A DNA stretch of 64,000 nucleotides from Eledone cirrhosa (taxonomy: Eukaryota), in assembly GCA_964016885.1 (NCBI GenBank), contig OZ024742.1, positions 85,374,001 to 85,438,000 on the forward strand, given 5' to 3'. Of this stretch, positions 46,155 to 58,733 are shown one piece after another. The notes beneath the pieces were generated by a model. It was not told where the DNA came from, searched no databases, and worked only from the letters and a program-made list of their open reading frames with translations. Made by a program: the position numbers and the translations under genes. The number at the start of each line of letters is the position of its first letter. The first letter of the stretch is position 1.

Positions 46155-46432
46155 CCCTCCAACCGCTTGCGACTGCTGGACTAGAAGACAGGCGAGAATA
46201 TATATTTTTCTCGTCTGTGTAAATGAGGTGATTAATTTAATTAGCATATGAAGGTGCATAAGTTGGCTCAACTTATAATAAAAAAGAAACAGGATTTCGC
46301 TTCAAGCATTGCTTTATACAATATGTATAAATATTTCGTATCTTCAAAGAAATACGGTTTTAGGAAGCCGTAGCTATGTAAACACTGGGGGGCTAACGAC
46401 CTCTGGTGATGTCCAGCAGACGCATGGGGAAA

Positions 46433-46476
46433 ACCGTCTATACATTTCAGGCTTAACTGGCCAGCATCAGGACGGT
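46433..46476 (-). ncRNA. Minimal type I HHR, different core mutation
   Basis: ACCGTC-CTGATGC-t-GGC-cagttaa-GCC-t-GAAAT-GT-ATA-GACGGT. Confidence 0.65.
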
Positions 46477-46552
46477 CCCTTCCACCGCTTGCAACTGCTT
46501 GACTAGAAGCATGGCGAGAATATAGAAGTTTCTCGTCTGTGTAAATGAGGTG

Positions 46553-46618
<66 letters not shown>

Positions 46619-46620
<2 letters not shown>

Positions 46621-47768
46621 TTATATAGAGATTACAATAATCAAAGTTCAGTTTAAGTCATTTATTTGCTTACAATTGTTTCCTCCAAACCGAGGTTTGG
46701 ATTCTTCGGAGCAACTATTTACTGATCTATAACATTCTTGACCTCCTTTTCAACCCAAGAGACACATAAAACATATGCGCATATTGATCAACAGTGGGGT
46801 GACACTCATCAAATGATATAGCATGGCAATTTACATGTAAAGGTTACAGGATAAAAATAAAAATAAAAATAAAAGCAAGAATGAAAATAAAGATAAACAT
46901 GAAGCGTTGGCAGTCTATGAAGATAAAGCAAGAGGAAAGCTTAGAGTAGTCAGTGCATGAAACAATCTCACGTGTAGCATGCACGCGTGTCTTATTTATA
47001 CATGATTAGAGTGCGTCAGAATGATATTTGCAGGGTCAGGCAGTTGAAGCAGGCAATCGATCTTATTATGTGGGCTGAATTATTAAGTCATTTATTCTCA
47101 TACATCTGTATGATATACAGTCTCGGATGCATGGAAACACCAAAATATCAGAAACTTTCAACATACTATAAACCTTATTGTATCGTAGGCAAAGCCGTAC
47201 CACTGTCTTCGCTCACACCACCACTCACATAATCCATGAGACGCAATATATAGAACACGTGTCTATCGTATAATTCGCGATGGTTCAGCATATAATCAAG
47301 TTATAAACCGTATCCAGTCGGTTCTTAATTAATAGATCATGCTGTGCAGATTCCGGAAGTGTCTGAATGACTAAGGCGAATTAATGCGTAAGGGGAGGTA
47401 ACTAGCTAGTTATCTTAGTTAAATTACTATGCTAAACTACATTAATGGTGATTCAAATACGTGCCTATCATATGAAGTTATAACTAATTTCTAGAGTATG
47501 TTTCCCAATTATAGGTTAGAGAGTTGTCCATTAAGAAGTACAAGGGTGCATATATTAAGCAAATAAATGACTTAAACTGAACTTTGATTATTGTAATCTC
47601 TATATAACTGCTCTGTAAAACAACTGATGTTATTACATTGAGCTATTTATCTTACTGGTAATAGGATAGTAATTAATGACTATCTTTCACTATTTAAGGT
47701 TTGTATATATAATATATTACCATTAAAGGTTTTATTACATACATAACCATAAATAGTACCCTTAAATC
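46619..47768. mobile_element. Non-coding fold-back element: long minus arm plus forward arm from about 47556
   Basis: 47556-47607 is the reverse complement of 46621-46672; flanked by microsatellite tracts. Confidence 0.8.
46666..46714 (-). ncRNA. Minimal type I HHR, CCGAAGA variant
   Basis: Identical to 15623-15671. Confidence 0.65.
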
Positions 47769-47791
47769 TATATATATATATATATATATAT

Positions 47792-47954
47792 AGGAACAAG
47801 TAATGACCCCGACGGCAGAGCTCAAGCCGTTTCGACGGCTATTTCTGGACTAGTCGGAGTCATACGTGTTCCTATTACCCACTCTACTACCTTAAGTATT
47901 GAGTACTTTGGTGCGTCATGGTCCATCTGGTTCCTTACCACAATTCCTTCGTTA
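47792..47954 (+). mobile_element. Fold-back mini-element F1, copy d
   Basis: Same termini as copies a and c; the forward arm starts at the GTC triplet (47853-47855). Confidence 0.85.
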
Positions 47955-47983
47955 TATATCTCTCTCTCTATATATATATATAT

Positions 47984-48170
47984 AAAGAAAAAAGATGAAA
48001 TCGAAAATGCAACTGGAGTCTTATTTTAAAAAATATGCTTTTCAAAAGTAGAGTTGACATGGAGGGCCTGTGGTTTTTCTCACATCAGATGTGAGTAAAA
48101 CCACAGACCCTCCATCTCAACTCTACTTTTGAAAAGCAGAAGAACTGCGAAACCGGTAAAGGAACCACAT
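47984..48170. mobile_element. Fold-back of the tail of the 54893-56877 PLE family
   Basis: Palindrome centred on CTCACATC-A-GATGTGAG (about 48086); GAAACCGGTA motif in the right arm. Confidence 0.8.
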
Positions 48171-48184
48171 ACATATATATATGT

Positions 48185-48850
48185 ATATATATATACATAC
48201 ATGGTCACATATATATATATGTACGTAAGGATTCACCGAACATTTATTATAATGCACGGTGTGTTTGTAAACAAACATCCCGTAGTAAGCCGTAGTGTCT
48301 AGCAACCATCGTATATACATATACATACTACTGTACGTATGTATACATATATGTATGTACGTGTACATACTTATATTTAAGTAACAGCCGTACTAAGAGT
48401 GGGAAATGAAATTTCGTTTTTTTTTTCCGTTTATCGTTTTCGGTGCACCCGGCCGATTAACCCACTCGATATGCAAATTGGGCTACTCATTCGTTAATAT
48501 GCATTAGGTAAGTATATACGTTCAACAATCTGGCAGGAATGTATACGTTGCTGACGATAGCTAATAAGCTTGAAACTAGTACAACGTTCCTTTGTCAGTG
48601 TTGAACAAACGAGCAACGATGGTTGCTAGACACTACGGCTTAATATTTGATGTTTGTTTATAAACACACCGAGCTCTATAATAAATGTTCGGTGAATCCA
48701 TACGTACATATATATATATATGTGCATGTATGTATATATATATACATACTACTGTACGTCTGTATACATATATGTATGTACGTGTACATACTTATATTTA
48801 AGTAACAGCCGTACTAAGAGTGGGAAATGAAATTTCGTTTTATTTTTTCC

Positions 48851-48856
<6 letters not shown>
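48185..48856 (+). mobile_element. Retrozyme-like element: about 1.3 units of a 421-bp monomer plus inverted arm
   Basis: 48320-48434 repeats at 48741-48856. 48185-48312 is the reverse complement of about 48616-48745. Confidence 0.85.
48521..48605 (+). ncRNA. Intact minimal type I HHR with extended stem I
   Basis: ACGTTG-CTGACGA-t-AGCT-aata-AGCT-t-GAAAC-TA-GTA-CAACGT (48545-48587). Outer helices GGAA/TTCC, CTGGCA/TGTCAG and TTCAACA/TGTTGAA. Confidence 0.88.
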
Positions 48857-48937
<81 letters not shown>

Positions 48938-48942
<5 letters not shown>

Positions 48943-49105
48943 CTGAGGTTTTTTACAAAGTGAAAAAATTAAAACGAGGTGTCATGCACGAGTGAATGTA
49001 TAAAGAAAAAAGCTGAAATCGAAAACGTAACTGGAGTCCTTTCTTAAAAAAATATATATATTAATGTGGTTCCTTTACCGGGTTCGCAGTTCTTCTGCTT
49101 TTCTC
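48938..49105 (-). mobile_element. 3' tail fragment of the 54893-56877 PLE family
   Basis: Reverse-complement match to 56725-56877. Confidence 0.7.
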
Positions 49106-49106
49106 C

Positions 49107-49162
<56 letters not shown>

Positions 49163-49526
49163 GATGGCTGCAAACCCTGCTAAGTGTATTGCAATCGTTT
49201 GTCAAATTACAGAGTTTGTTGCACTTTTAGGCTAATGGCACCCACACGAACCCGTAATAGATCCTGAACAAGCAATGTCTCATCTTTGAAGGGTTTTTTA
49301 AGGAAAGGCCCTGCTCTCGACCAATCCCACCCTCTCTACATCGTAAACCCCACCCGAAAAGGAGAACTGGTTAACAAATGCTTCCGAAGCCGCAGGTGTT
49401 TTTTTCAGAGTTTCCCTCTCCCAGAAAGTTGTTGTTTCAACAACCGAGGACCTTTCACTCCCACGTGAAAAAATAAAGTACTAGTTGATTCTTCTACTTC
49501 AGAGAGAGAGAAGGAGAGAGAGAGAG

Positions 49527-49615
<89 letters not shown>

Positions 49616-52006
49616 TGCAGTTAATACGAAGCGGTATGAGATATACAGTAAAAGACCAATTATTTTCAAAATGCCTGTACAATGCGCTAGAAAGATAAGG
49701 GCAAATGACAAATAAAATAGAAAAATATTGTTTTACCTCATGTATTTTAACAATACAATAATGTTTTACCACATGCATTCCTCGCAATTTCACGCTTTTC
49801 TCAGTATTCGGTATTATGTGCCACAATGATAATCTCTGTATGGGTGTTTGTTTAATGTATTCCACTCGCATGCTTGGAGAACAGACAAAATATTGCTTTA
49901 AATAGCCTCGTTTCTGTTGCTTGGTTGATTATATGAGGCCATCAATAGGATGGTAGGTGCCCTCTATGTGTTGCCTATCACATTGCATGCATCTTTATCT
50001 GTATAATTGTTGTGTCCAAGAATTCATTTATTTTTTATATGTTCGATCCACCTAGTGCATGCATTTGCGTATTTGATTTTGCTTTGTGATGCATAAACAT
50101 TTCCTTTCAAGCATACAATTTCAGTACATCGAATCGAACGTAAAAATTGCCACATCTTTCCTTTGATTGTGTACCTCCTGAATAATTCATTTTAGTATCA
50201 CCTTATTGTATCCATTTGCTGCAAATCGGGTAACGCTATTGTCATTATAGTTGAGAAAGATGGTGTGACCTCTTTTGTGGGATGTTGAGTCTTCAAAATT
50301 CAAATATTTCTCAGCATAAATTTCTTAGAAATTGGCGGAAAATTGTATTCTAATTGTTGAGGTCGAACTTTCTTTGTTTAAATAAGTTTGTGAAAGTGCA
50401 CATTCCAATTCTTCTTCAATATTCACCAAATTCTTCTACTTATCCGAATCTACTTTTATCACTATACCATATATTAAAAATATATATATATATCTGTGCA
50501 ATATTTAAGTTCTGAATGATTTTATAGTTTTGTACTACAATATTATGACAGTAATTACTTCGTTTGTAATACAGTTATTCATTTGATACATCTCACCTTA
50601 GGAACTACGCGAAAATATTATTTTAGGGATTATTCCTCCTACTTTCTCATAAAAAAATATTTCAAGTGCACAAGTCTTAATTAAATAAAACACAAATCAA
50701 TACAATATTTTCTTAATCTGTGTTGTTAAATTTCTATTGCTATGTATTAAGCCTATTGCCGAAAATTCATTTCAGTATCGATTTTCTGATATCGTTATCA
50801 GTCAGGCAATAATCGCATGTTTTTGATCACTCAGATTCCCATTACACATTTGTCTCTTCAAATTTAATCTTTAAAATAACAGTTAGATTTAATTCTCTGG
50901 AAGACCTTGATTATATGACCATTTAAACCAGAACATTAAGTTTTCTGTTGAACAGTGTTTGAATTTTAAAGGTTTACTTAAAACATAGCACAATATAATA
51001 AAGCGTATGATGAATTTTATAGTTGTAAGATACAAAATAATTTATAAATGAGATTATCTAGTTATTAAATTACTATCAATTACAATTAAATTACGTTCGT
51101 TTTTGCCCTTGACATATGTTAATATGTTCTATTCTATTTAGTCTTCGCTATTTATTATAGATAACATGTATGTAAATAGGAAGATTGATGGCACAAACAC
51201 CTAAACAATACACAGAAAACACAACAAACCTGCACGCATAAATCCGCTAACATATCCTCGGGCATACAACCCTCATTTCGTAAACCACACAAATACCTCA
51301 CTGGCCACCAACTGTTATTTTAATCTATCTGTTTTTGCTTTTTTTTCATAATGTGGTGACTATTCGTGCACATAATTGAATGGACTTAACGAATCATGCC
51401 ATATTTTAATGTATTATACACGTTGAAATATGGCATAATACACATATACATACGTGCTCAATCACCACCCCACAGTCACATAAAGACACTCACTCTCATA
51501 TATATATATATATATATACTGGACATCCTGCAGGACTAAAAACAAAACCTGTCAAAGGCAAAAGGAGCTCTTAAGAGTCAATGGCCATCCAAAATCACCG
51601 GAAGAGATGACACCTTAGCTTTTGTCAAGGCAGAATTCTAGGAGAAGGAAAACTCTGATATAACACCTGCAACTCTGATGGTATCCAATGATGTTAACTT
51701 GTTCTTCTTTTTGGTAAATATCATCTTGGTTAAGAGAGTGGGACTGGCTTTGTGCAGTGCCTTTGCTCACTATAAAAGCTTCACGGCACAGGCATTGCTT
51801 TATATCTGGAGATCTCTCTACACTTGTCGTCACATGGTAACATGGGCCCAGAACTATGTGTCAATAATTGTCACAAGTGTAGTGTTTGTACCAGAGCTTT
51901 CAAGGTGCTGGCTGGACTAAAATGTCACACTCGTTTAGCGTATCGCTAGGGGTTCTCCTACATGGATATAAAGTAGTGGCCGTACTCGAAAACGAGTTGG
52001 CAGCCA

Positions 52007-52071
<65 letters not shown>

Positions 52072-53073
52072 GTCGTCACGTATGAAATTTATAGAAATCT
52101 GTAGAAAAGAAACACATTTCTACAAATGTCATTCTTGACGACGCATTATGAATACAATGGTGAGGAGAGGTAGAAAGCAAAAGCAGGGAGGTAACCTTTG
52201 TTTGTCACAGCATAATTTGGGATGCATTATCAAATCACATTTTTGGAAAATTTGGAATGTAGCAGAGAGAAAGCCCCAAGCTCTCTTATTAGTTCATATT
52301 AAAGTTGTCAGACTAAGCTCTGCACATGCTATTCAATCAGGTGCACAGATATCATCAGTCAGATAGTAAATTCATAAATATCGTGGCAGGTCGAGTTGTA
52401 GATTTGTCCAGTTTCCTACCGTTTATATTTTGTTCTTTGAGTCGGACCTGCGTAGCTTAATAGTATGTTTATTAAAGTTATTTTTCTTTAGGCAGTCAGT
52501 TATACAGTTAGGATATTATGTTCCATATCCACTATGTTAAAAGGTTGACTCTTGCCCTCTTTCTATATTTCATTTAAAGAAATGTTATCTGGATGACAAA
52601 ATCTACATAGTGGAATGTAATTTGATCCCGATCCCCTGGAGTCCGAAATCCCCTACCTATGTAGAAAGTATTGATTTTATCAAACTCCAACTTTACAAAC
52701 AAGTGCATGTTCTCAGGCTGGGATAATTTGTCAAAGAGCACGTGTTGTTTTCATTGTGGGAGAGTCCCTGCAGGGTGGATAGTAAATGAGCAAGGGGATA
52801 TCGAGGCTCTCGCTCCGGATAAGTCACGACGTAATTTGTTGTTTTGCCAGGGTGCAAGACTTTAAGAATACAATTTGAAATTTTTAATCTAAACTATTTA
52901 AATAATAACTATTTTATTAACTTTCAAAAATAATTAAATCAATAAATATTTTCTCAACGTAAGTGAGACACATTATACTTATGTTAATTCTTGTATTTTA
53001 TTATATAAATCGAGAAACAATTTCCATTACCTCTACTATGTTACGACTTATCTTATCTAAATAACAAGAGTGA

Positions 53074-54000
53074 CGCTTTTCAAAAGTTGAGTTGAGATGG
53101 AGGGTCTGTGATTTTTCTCACATCTGGTTGGTCTCTGAATGTTACTTGTTTTATGTGGAAAAAGTGGCTCGAAATGCCAGGTTTTTCGAGAAGTAATTTG
53201 ATTGGTTGGTCAATAATTATAATAAATTTCGTGCCAGTTCGCGTTACAAAGTTCTTCAAACAGGGGGGGGGGGGGGGGCTGTCACAGGTTGTTTTTTTCA
53301 TATATGTGTGTTTGAATTTCTTTTTACTTAAAAAAAGGGGGCTCACGAAGGTATTTTTTTTAATAAACGGAATTTGATTGGTTATAAATGAAATAATGGC
53401 TGTCACGTGAACAAGTTTTCATTAAATTTTCGCGCCCTTATTTGGAAATCCATTCTGTAGCCTCTGTAGAGAATTTTATGACAAGTAAAAGATAATGGTC
53501 AAGAGAAATTGGATGGGAGAATTGTTCTGGTTCAGTGAATATGGTTAGTTCGCTGGGGTGTCAGAATTCAGATTTTCTATTGAATAAAGAATGTAAAGAT
53601 ATGTATGTTTATTTGTGTGCTTGTGTGTGTGTGTGTGTGTGTGTGCGTGTGTGTGTGTGTGTGTTGATGTGTGTGAGTTGTGTGTGTTTTAATTTCTTTT
53701 TACTTAAACAAAAGGGGCTCACGAAGGCTTTTTTTTAATAAACGTAATTTGATTGGTTATAAATGAAATAAATTATGGCTGTCACGTGAACAAGTTTTCA
53801 TTAAATTTTCGAGCCCTTATTTGTAAATCTAATCTGTAGCCTTTTTAGAGAATTTTTTGACAAGCAAAAGATAATGGTCAAGAGAAATGGGATGGGAGAA
53901 TTGTTCTGGTTCAGTGAATATGGTTAGTTCGGTGGGATATCAGAATTCAGATTTTCTATTGTAGTAAAGAAAGGAAAGATGTGTATGTTTATTTGTGTGC

Positions 54001-54090
<90 letters not shown>

Positions 54091-54205
54091 TCGAAGATGA
54101 TTCTATTAGTAGAAATGGCGGAGGGAGTTGTGTGTGTGTGTATATAGGTGTTATGTGTGTGTGGGAGTATGTTAAGATGGAGAGAATACATATTTTGTGT
54201 GTGTA
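53074..54205 (-). mobile_element. 3' UTR fragment of the same PLE family with internal about 375-bp tandem duplication
   Basis: Matches 54977-55710; 53304-53640 repeats at 53680-54010. Confidence 0.75.
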
Positions 54206-54308
54206 TATATATTTATTTTATTTTATATATATATATTTATATATATATATATATATAAAATAAAATAAAATAAATAAGTCAAATGTTTAAAATTTGGCTT
54301 CGTTTATT

Positions 54309-54361
54309 ACTGCTATATATTTCGGTGACAGCCATCTTTGGCTGTGACCTCTTCAGGCAGT
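54309..54361 (-). ncRNA. Intact type I HHR (left arm)
   Basis: ACTGC-CTGAAGA-GGTcACAGCCA-aaga-TGGCTGTcACC-GAAAT-AT-ATA-GCAGT. Confidence 0.85.
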
Positions 54362-54667
54362 CCGAATTAGTGTGGTAGAGACGAGTACACATGTTGTTGA
54401 GGTGTATAACTTTGCCAATACTCCGATATACCCAGTTGCTGGTTGGGTAGTTATTTCACCGAGGAACTGGAATCATGAATTCAAACAAACGAATTTCAGC
54501 GTTTTTTTTGTTTTGTTTTTTTTTACGCTGAAATTCATTTGTTTGAATTCATATGGTTCCAGTTCCTCGGTGAAATAACAACCCAACCAGGAACTGGGCA
54601 TATCGGAGTATTGACAAAGTTATACACCTCAACAACATGTGTACTCGTCTCTACCACACTAATCCGG

Positions 54668-54722
54668 ACTGCCTGAAGAGGTCACAGCCAATGATGGCTG
54701 TCACCGAAATATATATAGCAGT
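54668..54722 (+). ncRNA. Intact type I HHR (right arm)
   Basis: ACTGC-CTGAAGA-GGTcACAGCCA-atga-TGGCTGTcACC-GAAAT-ATAT-ATA-GCAGT. Confidence 0.85.
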
Positions 54723-54892
54723 AATAAACGAAGCCAAATTTTAAACATTTGACTTATTTTTTATTTTAATTTACATTACTCCGGAGTAACCAAACCAACC
54801 TGCGCACTTCGTCGAGTGTTCCAATCTGCATACTGAGGTGTTAGTATACAACCAACATATAGTAAAAAATATATATATATATATATATATAT

Positions 54893-56875
54893 AGGGAAAA
54901 AAGATGAAATCGAAAATGCAACCGGATTCTTTTTAAGAATAGTTATTTCTTTCCTTTACCGGTTTCACATTTCTTTTGCTTTTCAAAAGTAGAATTGAGA
55001 TGGAGGGTTTGTGGTTTTTCTCGCATCTGGCTGGTGTTCGAATGTTACTTTTGTTTTATGTGGAAAAAATTGGCTCGAAATGCTAGGTTTTGTATAAATG
55101 TAATTTGGTTGGTAGTTGTCTGTCACGTGAATAAGTATAATAAATGTTGCGCCAGTTCGCGTTATAGAGTTATCATTGTATTTGCCCTTTTTGAAAAAAA
55201 AGGAGGAGGGGTGCCCAGATTGTCTTTTCATATATGAGTGAAATTTGGTTGGTTGAAGCAGTCACGTGAATAAGCACATCAACTTTCGTGTTTGAGGCTT
55301 CTTTTCACTTAAAAAAGTGGCTCAAATAAGTTGTTTTTTTATAAACGTAATTTGATTGGTTATGACTGTCATGTAAATAAGTATATTACATTTCGCGCCT
55401 GTTTGTATTTGCGGGTTCTTTGTAGCCATTTAGAGAATTGTGTACCAAACAAAAGATAGTGGTCAACAAAAAAGGCATGGGGAGAATTGTTCTGGTTCAG
55501 TGAGTATGTCTGATGTGCTGAGGTGTCAAGATTAAGACTTTCTATTGAAATAAAGAGAATAGAGATATATATTTTTATTTGTGTGCTTATGTGTTTGTGA
55601 AAATGATTATATTAGTAGAAATGGTGGATGGAGTTATGTTTGTGTGTGTATGGGTGTTATATGTGTGTGAGGGTTAGCATGTTAAGATGGAGAGAATATA
55701 TACTTGTGTGTTTATATGTGTGTGAAATGTGTGTGAAGAAATGCGGAAGCATGCAACATTATTCACAAGAACATCCCACTATTGAAAGAAGACCCAAGAA
55801 GGAACAAAGCCCTTGAAACACACAAAATAATCAAAAGCAAAAGATAACCGAAATCACTAAATCAAAAAATGTGTTTATGCCATTAAATGTAAAGGATACA
55901 ATGAAGATTATATAGGGCAAAGTAAACTCACACTCAGAAACAGAATGACAATTCATCGCCAACAATTACGAGACCCTAGCACAAGACAGATACCACTCAG
56001 TGCACCTCTAGACATATGCGCAATCGATAAGACACCCAAATTCCAATTCTCCCCACTTTATCTTTGCGCTGACAATACAACAGAACAAATACGAATAAAT
56101 AAGGAAAATATGTTTATTCAAAAATATAGACCAGCATTATATAGTTTAATATATATTATGTTAACACAATAACATGGTAACCATTCTAACAGAAACATAC
56201 ACACACACACAACACACACACACACTTAACACTCTCTTCTATATTCGAAAATAAAAACCAGAGCTAAATAGACCTTAACATACATTAATACCCTAACACC
56301 TTAACATGCTAACCATACTAACCATACCCCCCCCCCACACACACACATATAACACCAGTACGCACACACAAATAACAACTTTTTTTGAGCCACATTTTTA
56401 ATTGAAATGAACCCTCAAACAAGAACTGGAGCGAAAGTTGATGTACTTATTCACGTGACTGCATCAACCAACCAAATTTCACTCATATATGAAAAAACAA
56501 TCTGAGCCCCCTTTCCCTCTTTTTTAAAGGCAAATACAATAAGAACTCTATAACGCGAACTGGCGCGAAATTTATTATACTTATTCAAGTGACAGTCATA
56601 AACGAACCAAATTACTTTTCTAAAAAACCTAGCATTTCGAGCCACGTTTATCCACATAAAACAGAAGTAACATTCGAACATCAACCAGATGCGAGAAAAC
56701 CACAACCCGCCATTTCGATTCTACTTTTGAAAAGCATAAGAACTGTGAAACCGGTAAAGGAAACAAATAAATATTCTTTAAAATACTCCAGTTGCATTTC
56801 GTTTCACCTTATGTCCCTATAATTTCACTCATGTAGGACATCTCGTTATTTTTCATAAAAAAAACTCTCATGTTC

Positions 56876-56877
<2 letters not shown>
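54893..56877 (+). mobile_element. 5'-truncated PLE (Neptune-like GIY-YIG) with inverted 5' arm
   Basis: VYAIKCKGYNEDYIGQSKLTLRNRMTIHRQQ..E..FIQKYRPAL at about 55860-56145. 54893-55720 mirrors about 56170-56820. Confidence 0.85.
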
Positions 56878-56919
<42 letters not shown>

Positions 56920-58103
56920 ATGTGTGTGTGTGTGTGTTTGTGTGTATGTGTGTAGGTGCAATTCAATCCGGCAGGATTTAGCTTCGCAAGTCTTTCGTTG
57001 GGTCACGATAAAGTACATTACCAACTAGGCTGTAGCTACAATTTTATAATCTTAAACCTACTGAAACGACGTCACTTTCCCCGAATTCGCGAGAGAACTC
57101 TATTATATAATCACCTGCTAGAATTTAATGTATATTATAACTTGACGTTCTTGCAGACGCAGCTTTAGTAACCAGAGTAGATACTTAGAGTAAGTCTTTA
57201 GTTTCGGGAAATTGCGGAACATTGACCAATTCCAAAAGGCTCTGGTGTTAACAAATTTCTGGCAAACACCAGCTGTACAACAATATATTCTTATATACAT
57301 TTTCTTGCAGTGATTTATAGCATTCTACTGTAGGTTCAACTAATACCTGTGTTCAATTTTAGAAAACGCTCCGACAGTTTAGACATACAAATCCAAACAC
57401 ACACACGCAGACATTTTTATGAATTTTTTAAGACATATTATTTATATATACGTATTTTATATGTGATATGCGCCTTTTAAGGAAAAGTATTATTTTCATT
57501 CATATGATTGCCACATCCTCATGGAATTCATTCCTGCAAGTTTTCAGGCAGTAATTTCCAGGCAATTAATTTCCTTCTAGTTAATATATTTAATTCATAA
57601 ATGAACAATAAAATCTTCTAATGTTAAAATCCTGAATTGAAGAACTTTAATAAAAATGAACATGTAAGTTAGAATATAGAAAATGTCAGAAGCTCCCAGC
57701 ATATTATCGGAAATGATTAGGAAATTAATAGAATTTTGTATATGGATGTTTCAAGGAGTGAAATAATTTGCAACGGAATATACTTTTCATAAAATTACAA
57801 GTAATATAGCTTGGAATGATTGTCGTGATATATCATCAAAGGTTCCTGCAAGAGAAATTGTATCTGAAATTGCAAAATCTAGTTTCTCGTTTAAAAACCT
57901 TATAATACGTTAATACATATATCGATAGCTTATACATATTTAATATTATATCAATATACCCTAGTCACTAACATGTGGATGCTGCAACAAATTTATACGC
58001 ATACACATATTCTTAATTCTATATGTGTTTCAATTCTATGTATAGTATATCTTACTTATAGATGCGCACAAATTAGGTGTTATATAAAGTTTATATATAT
58101 ATA

Positions 58104-58733
58104 TATATTAAGTGTAAGGAATTCTTTTACAATGGAATTAGCTCGAAAGGAAATATTCCTGAGCCGTGTATAAAAGTAATATATATGAGTAATATATATG
58201 TTGAAACAGATACCAACATATCTGTATTTATATTGCAAAAGAAAGTTAGCCAGACTGAAGAATATTAATTATTATACCACAGTTCGTCCACATCGATTTA
58301 AAATAATAATAATAATAAATCGACAAAAACTAGTTGTGCTGCCAAATGGCAATGATGTTTATACATATTTAAATTTCAAAGTCAAACCTGTTCAGTAGAT
58401 AAGTTTAAACCTCAAAATCCAAACATGTTTCGAGATGGATATAAGTGTAGGAATATCATGCCACTGCTCTCCTCAGTAAACATCCAGAGACAATTGATAA
58501 GCTTCACTTCTAAATAATTTAAAAGACTGTGTGACGCACATGGGTTCACAGATTCAGGCTAGTCTCATAACCGTACTGCTAGAAATAACAGTCGTATATA
58601 TGAGGCGAATTTTAGCTCGACGAAGAGCCGTTATATTAAGTGTAAGGAATTCTTTTACAATGGAATTAGCTCGAAAGGAAATATTCCTGAGCCGTGTATA
58701 AAAGTAATATATATGAGTAATATATATGTTGAA
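58104..58733. mobile_element. About 1.2 units of a 528-bp monomer between TA tracts
   Basis: Identical 102-bp direct repeats at 58104-58205 and 58632-58733. Confidence 0.85.
58417..58481 (-). ncRNA. Candidate minimal HHR
   Basis: GTTTA-CTGAGGA-GAG..CTC-GAAAC-AT-GTT-TGGAT; stem I is weak (three GU pairs). Confidence 0.55.

Larger units (their letters stand above)
45992..46555 (-). mobile_element. Retrozyme-like tandem (about 1.7 units of 322-330 bp, one HHR per unit)
   Basis: 45992-46233 repeats at 46322-46555; TA tracts on both sides. Confidence 0.85.
54258..54870. mobile_element. Young fold-back mini-element with about 240-bp arms
   Basis: 54262-54501 is nearly perfectly complementary to 54526-54770, with a T-rich loop; TA-flanked. 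Confidence 0.92.

Noticed and set aside
49700-50500. Possible L1/Tx1 3' remnant
   Set aside because: Similarity is too weak to support by eye.
52305-52370. Minus-strand CTGATGA with a short stem
   Set aside because: GAAA is altered and stems I and III are not convincing.
54258-54870. Palindromes as MITEs or miRNA precursors
   Set aside because: The arms are unequal in extent, contain HHRs, and share geometry with RT-coding PLE copies, which fits retrotransposition better than TIR transposons.
58610-58695. Second, plus-strand HHR making the 528-bp unit ambisense
   Set aside because: The core lacks U4 (CGACGA) and the triplet would end in G; simple hairpins explain it.
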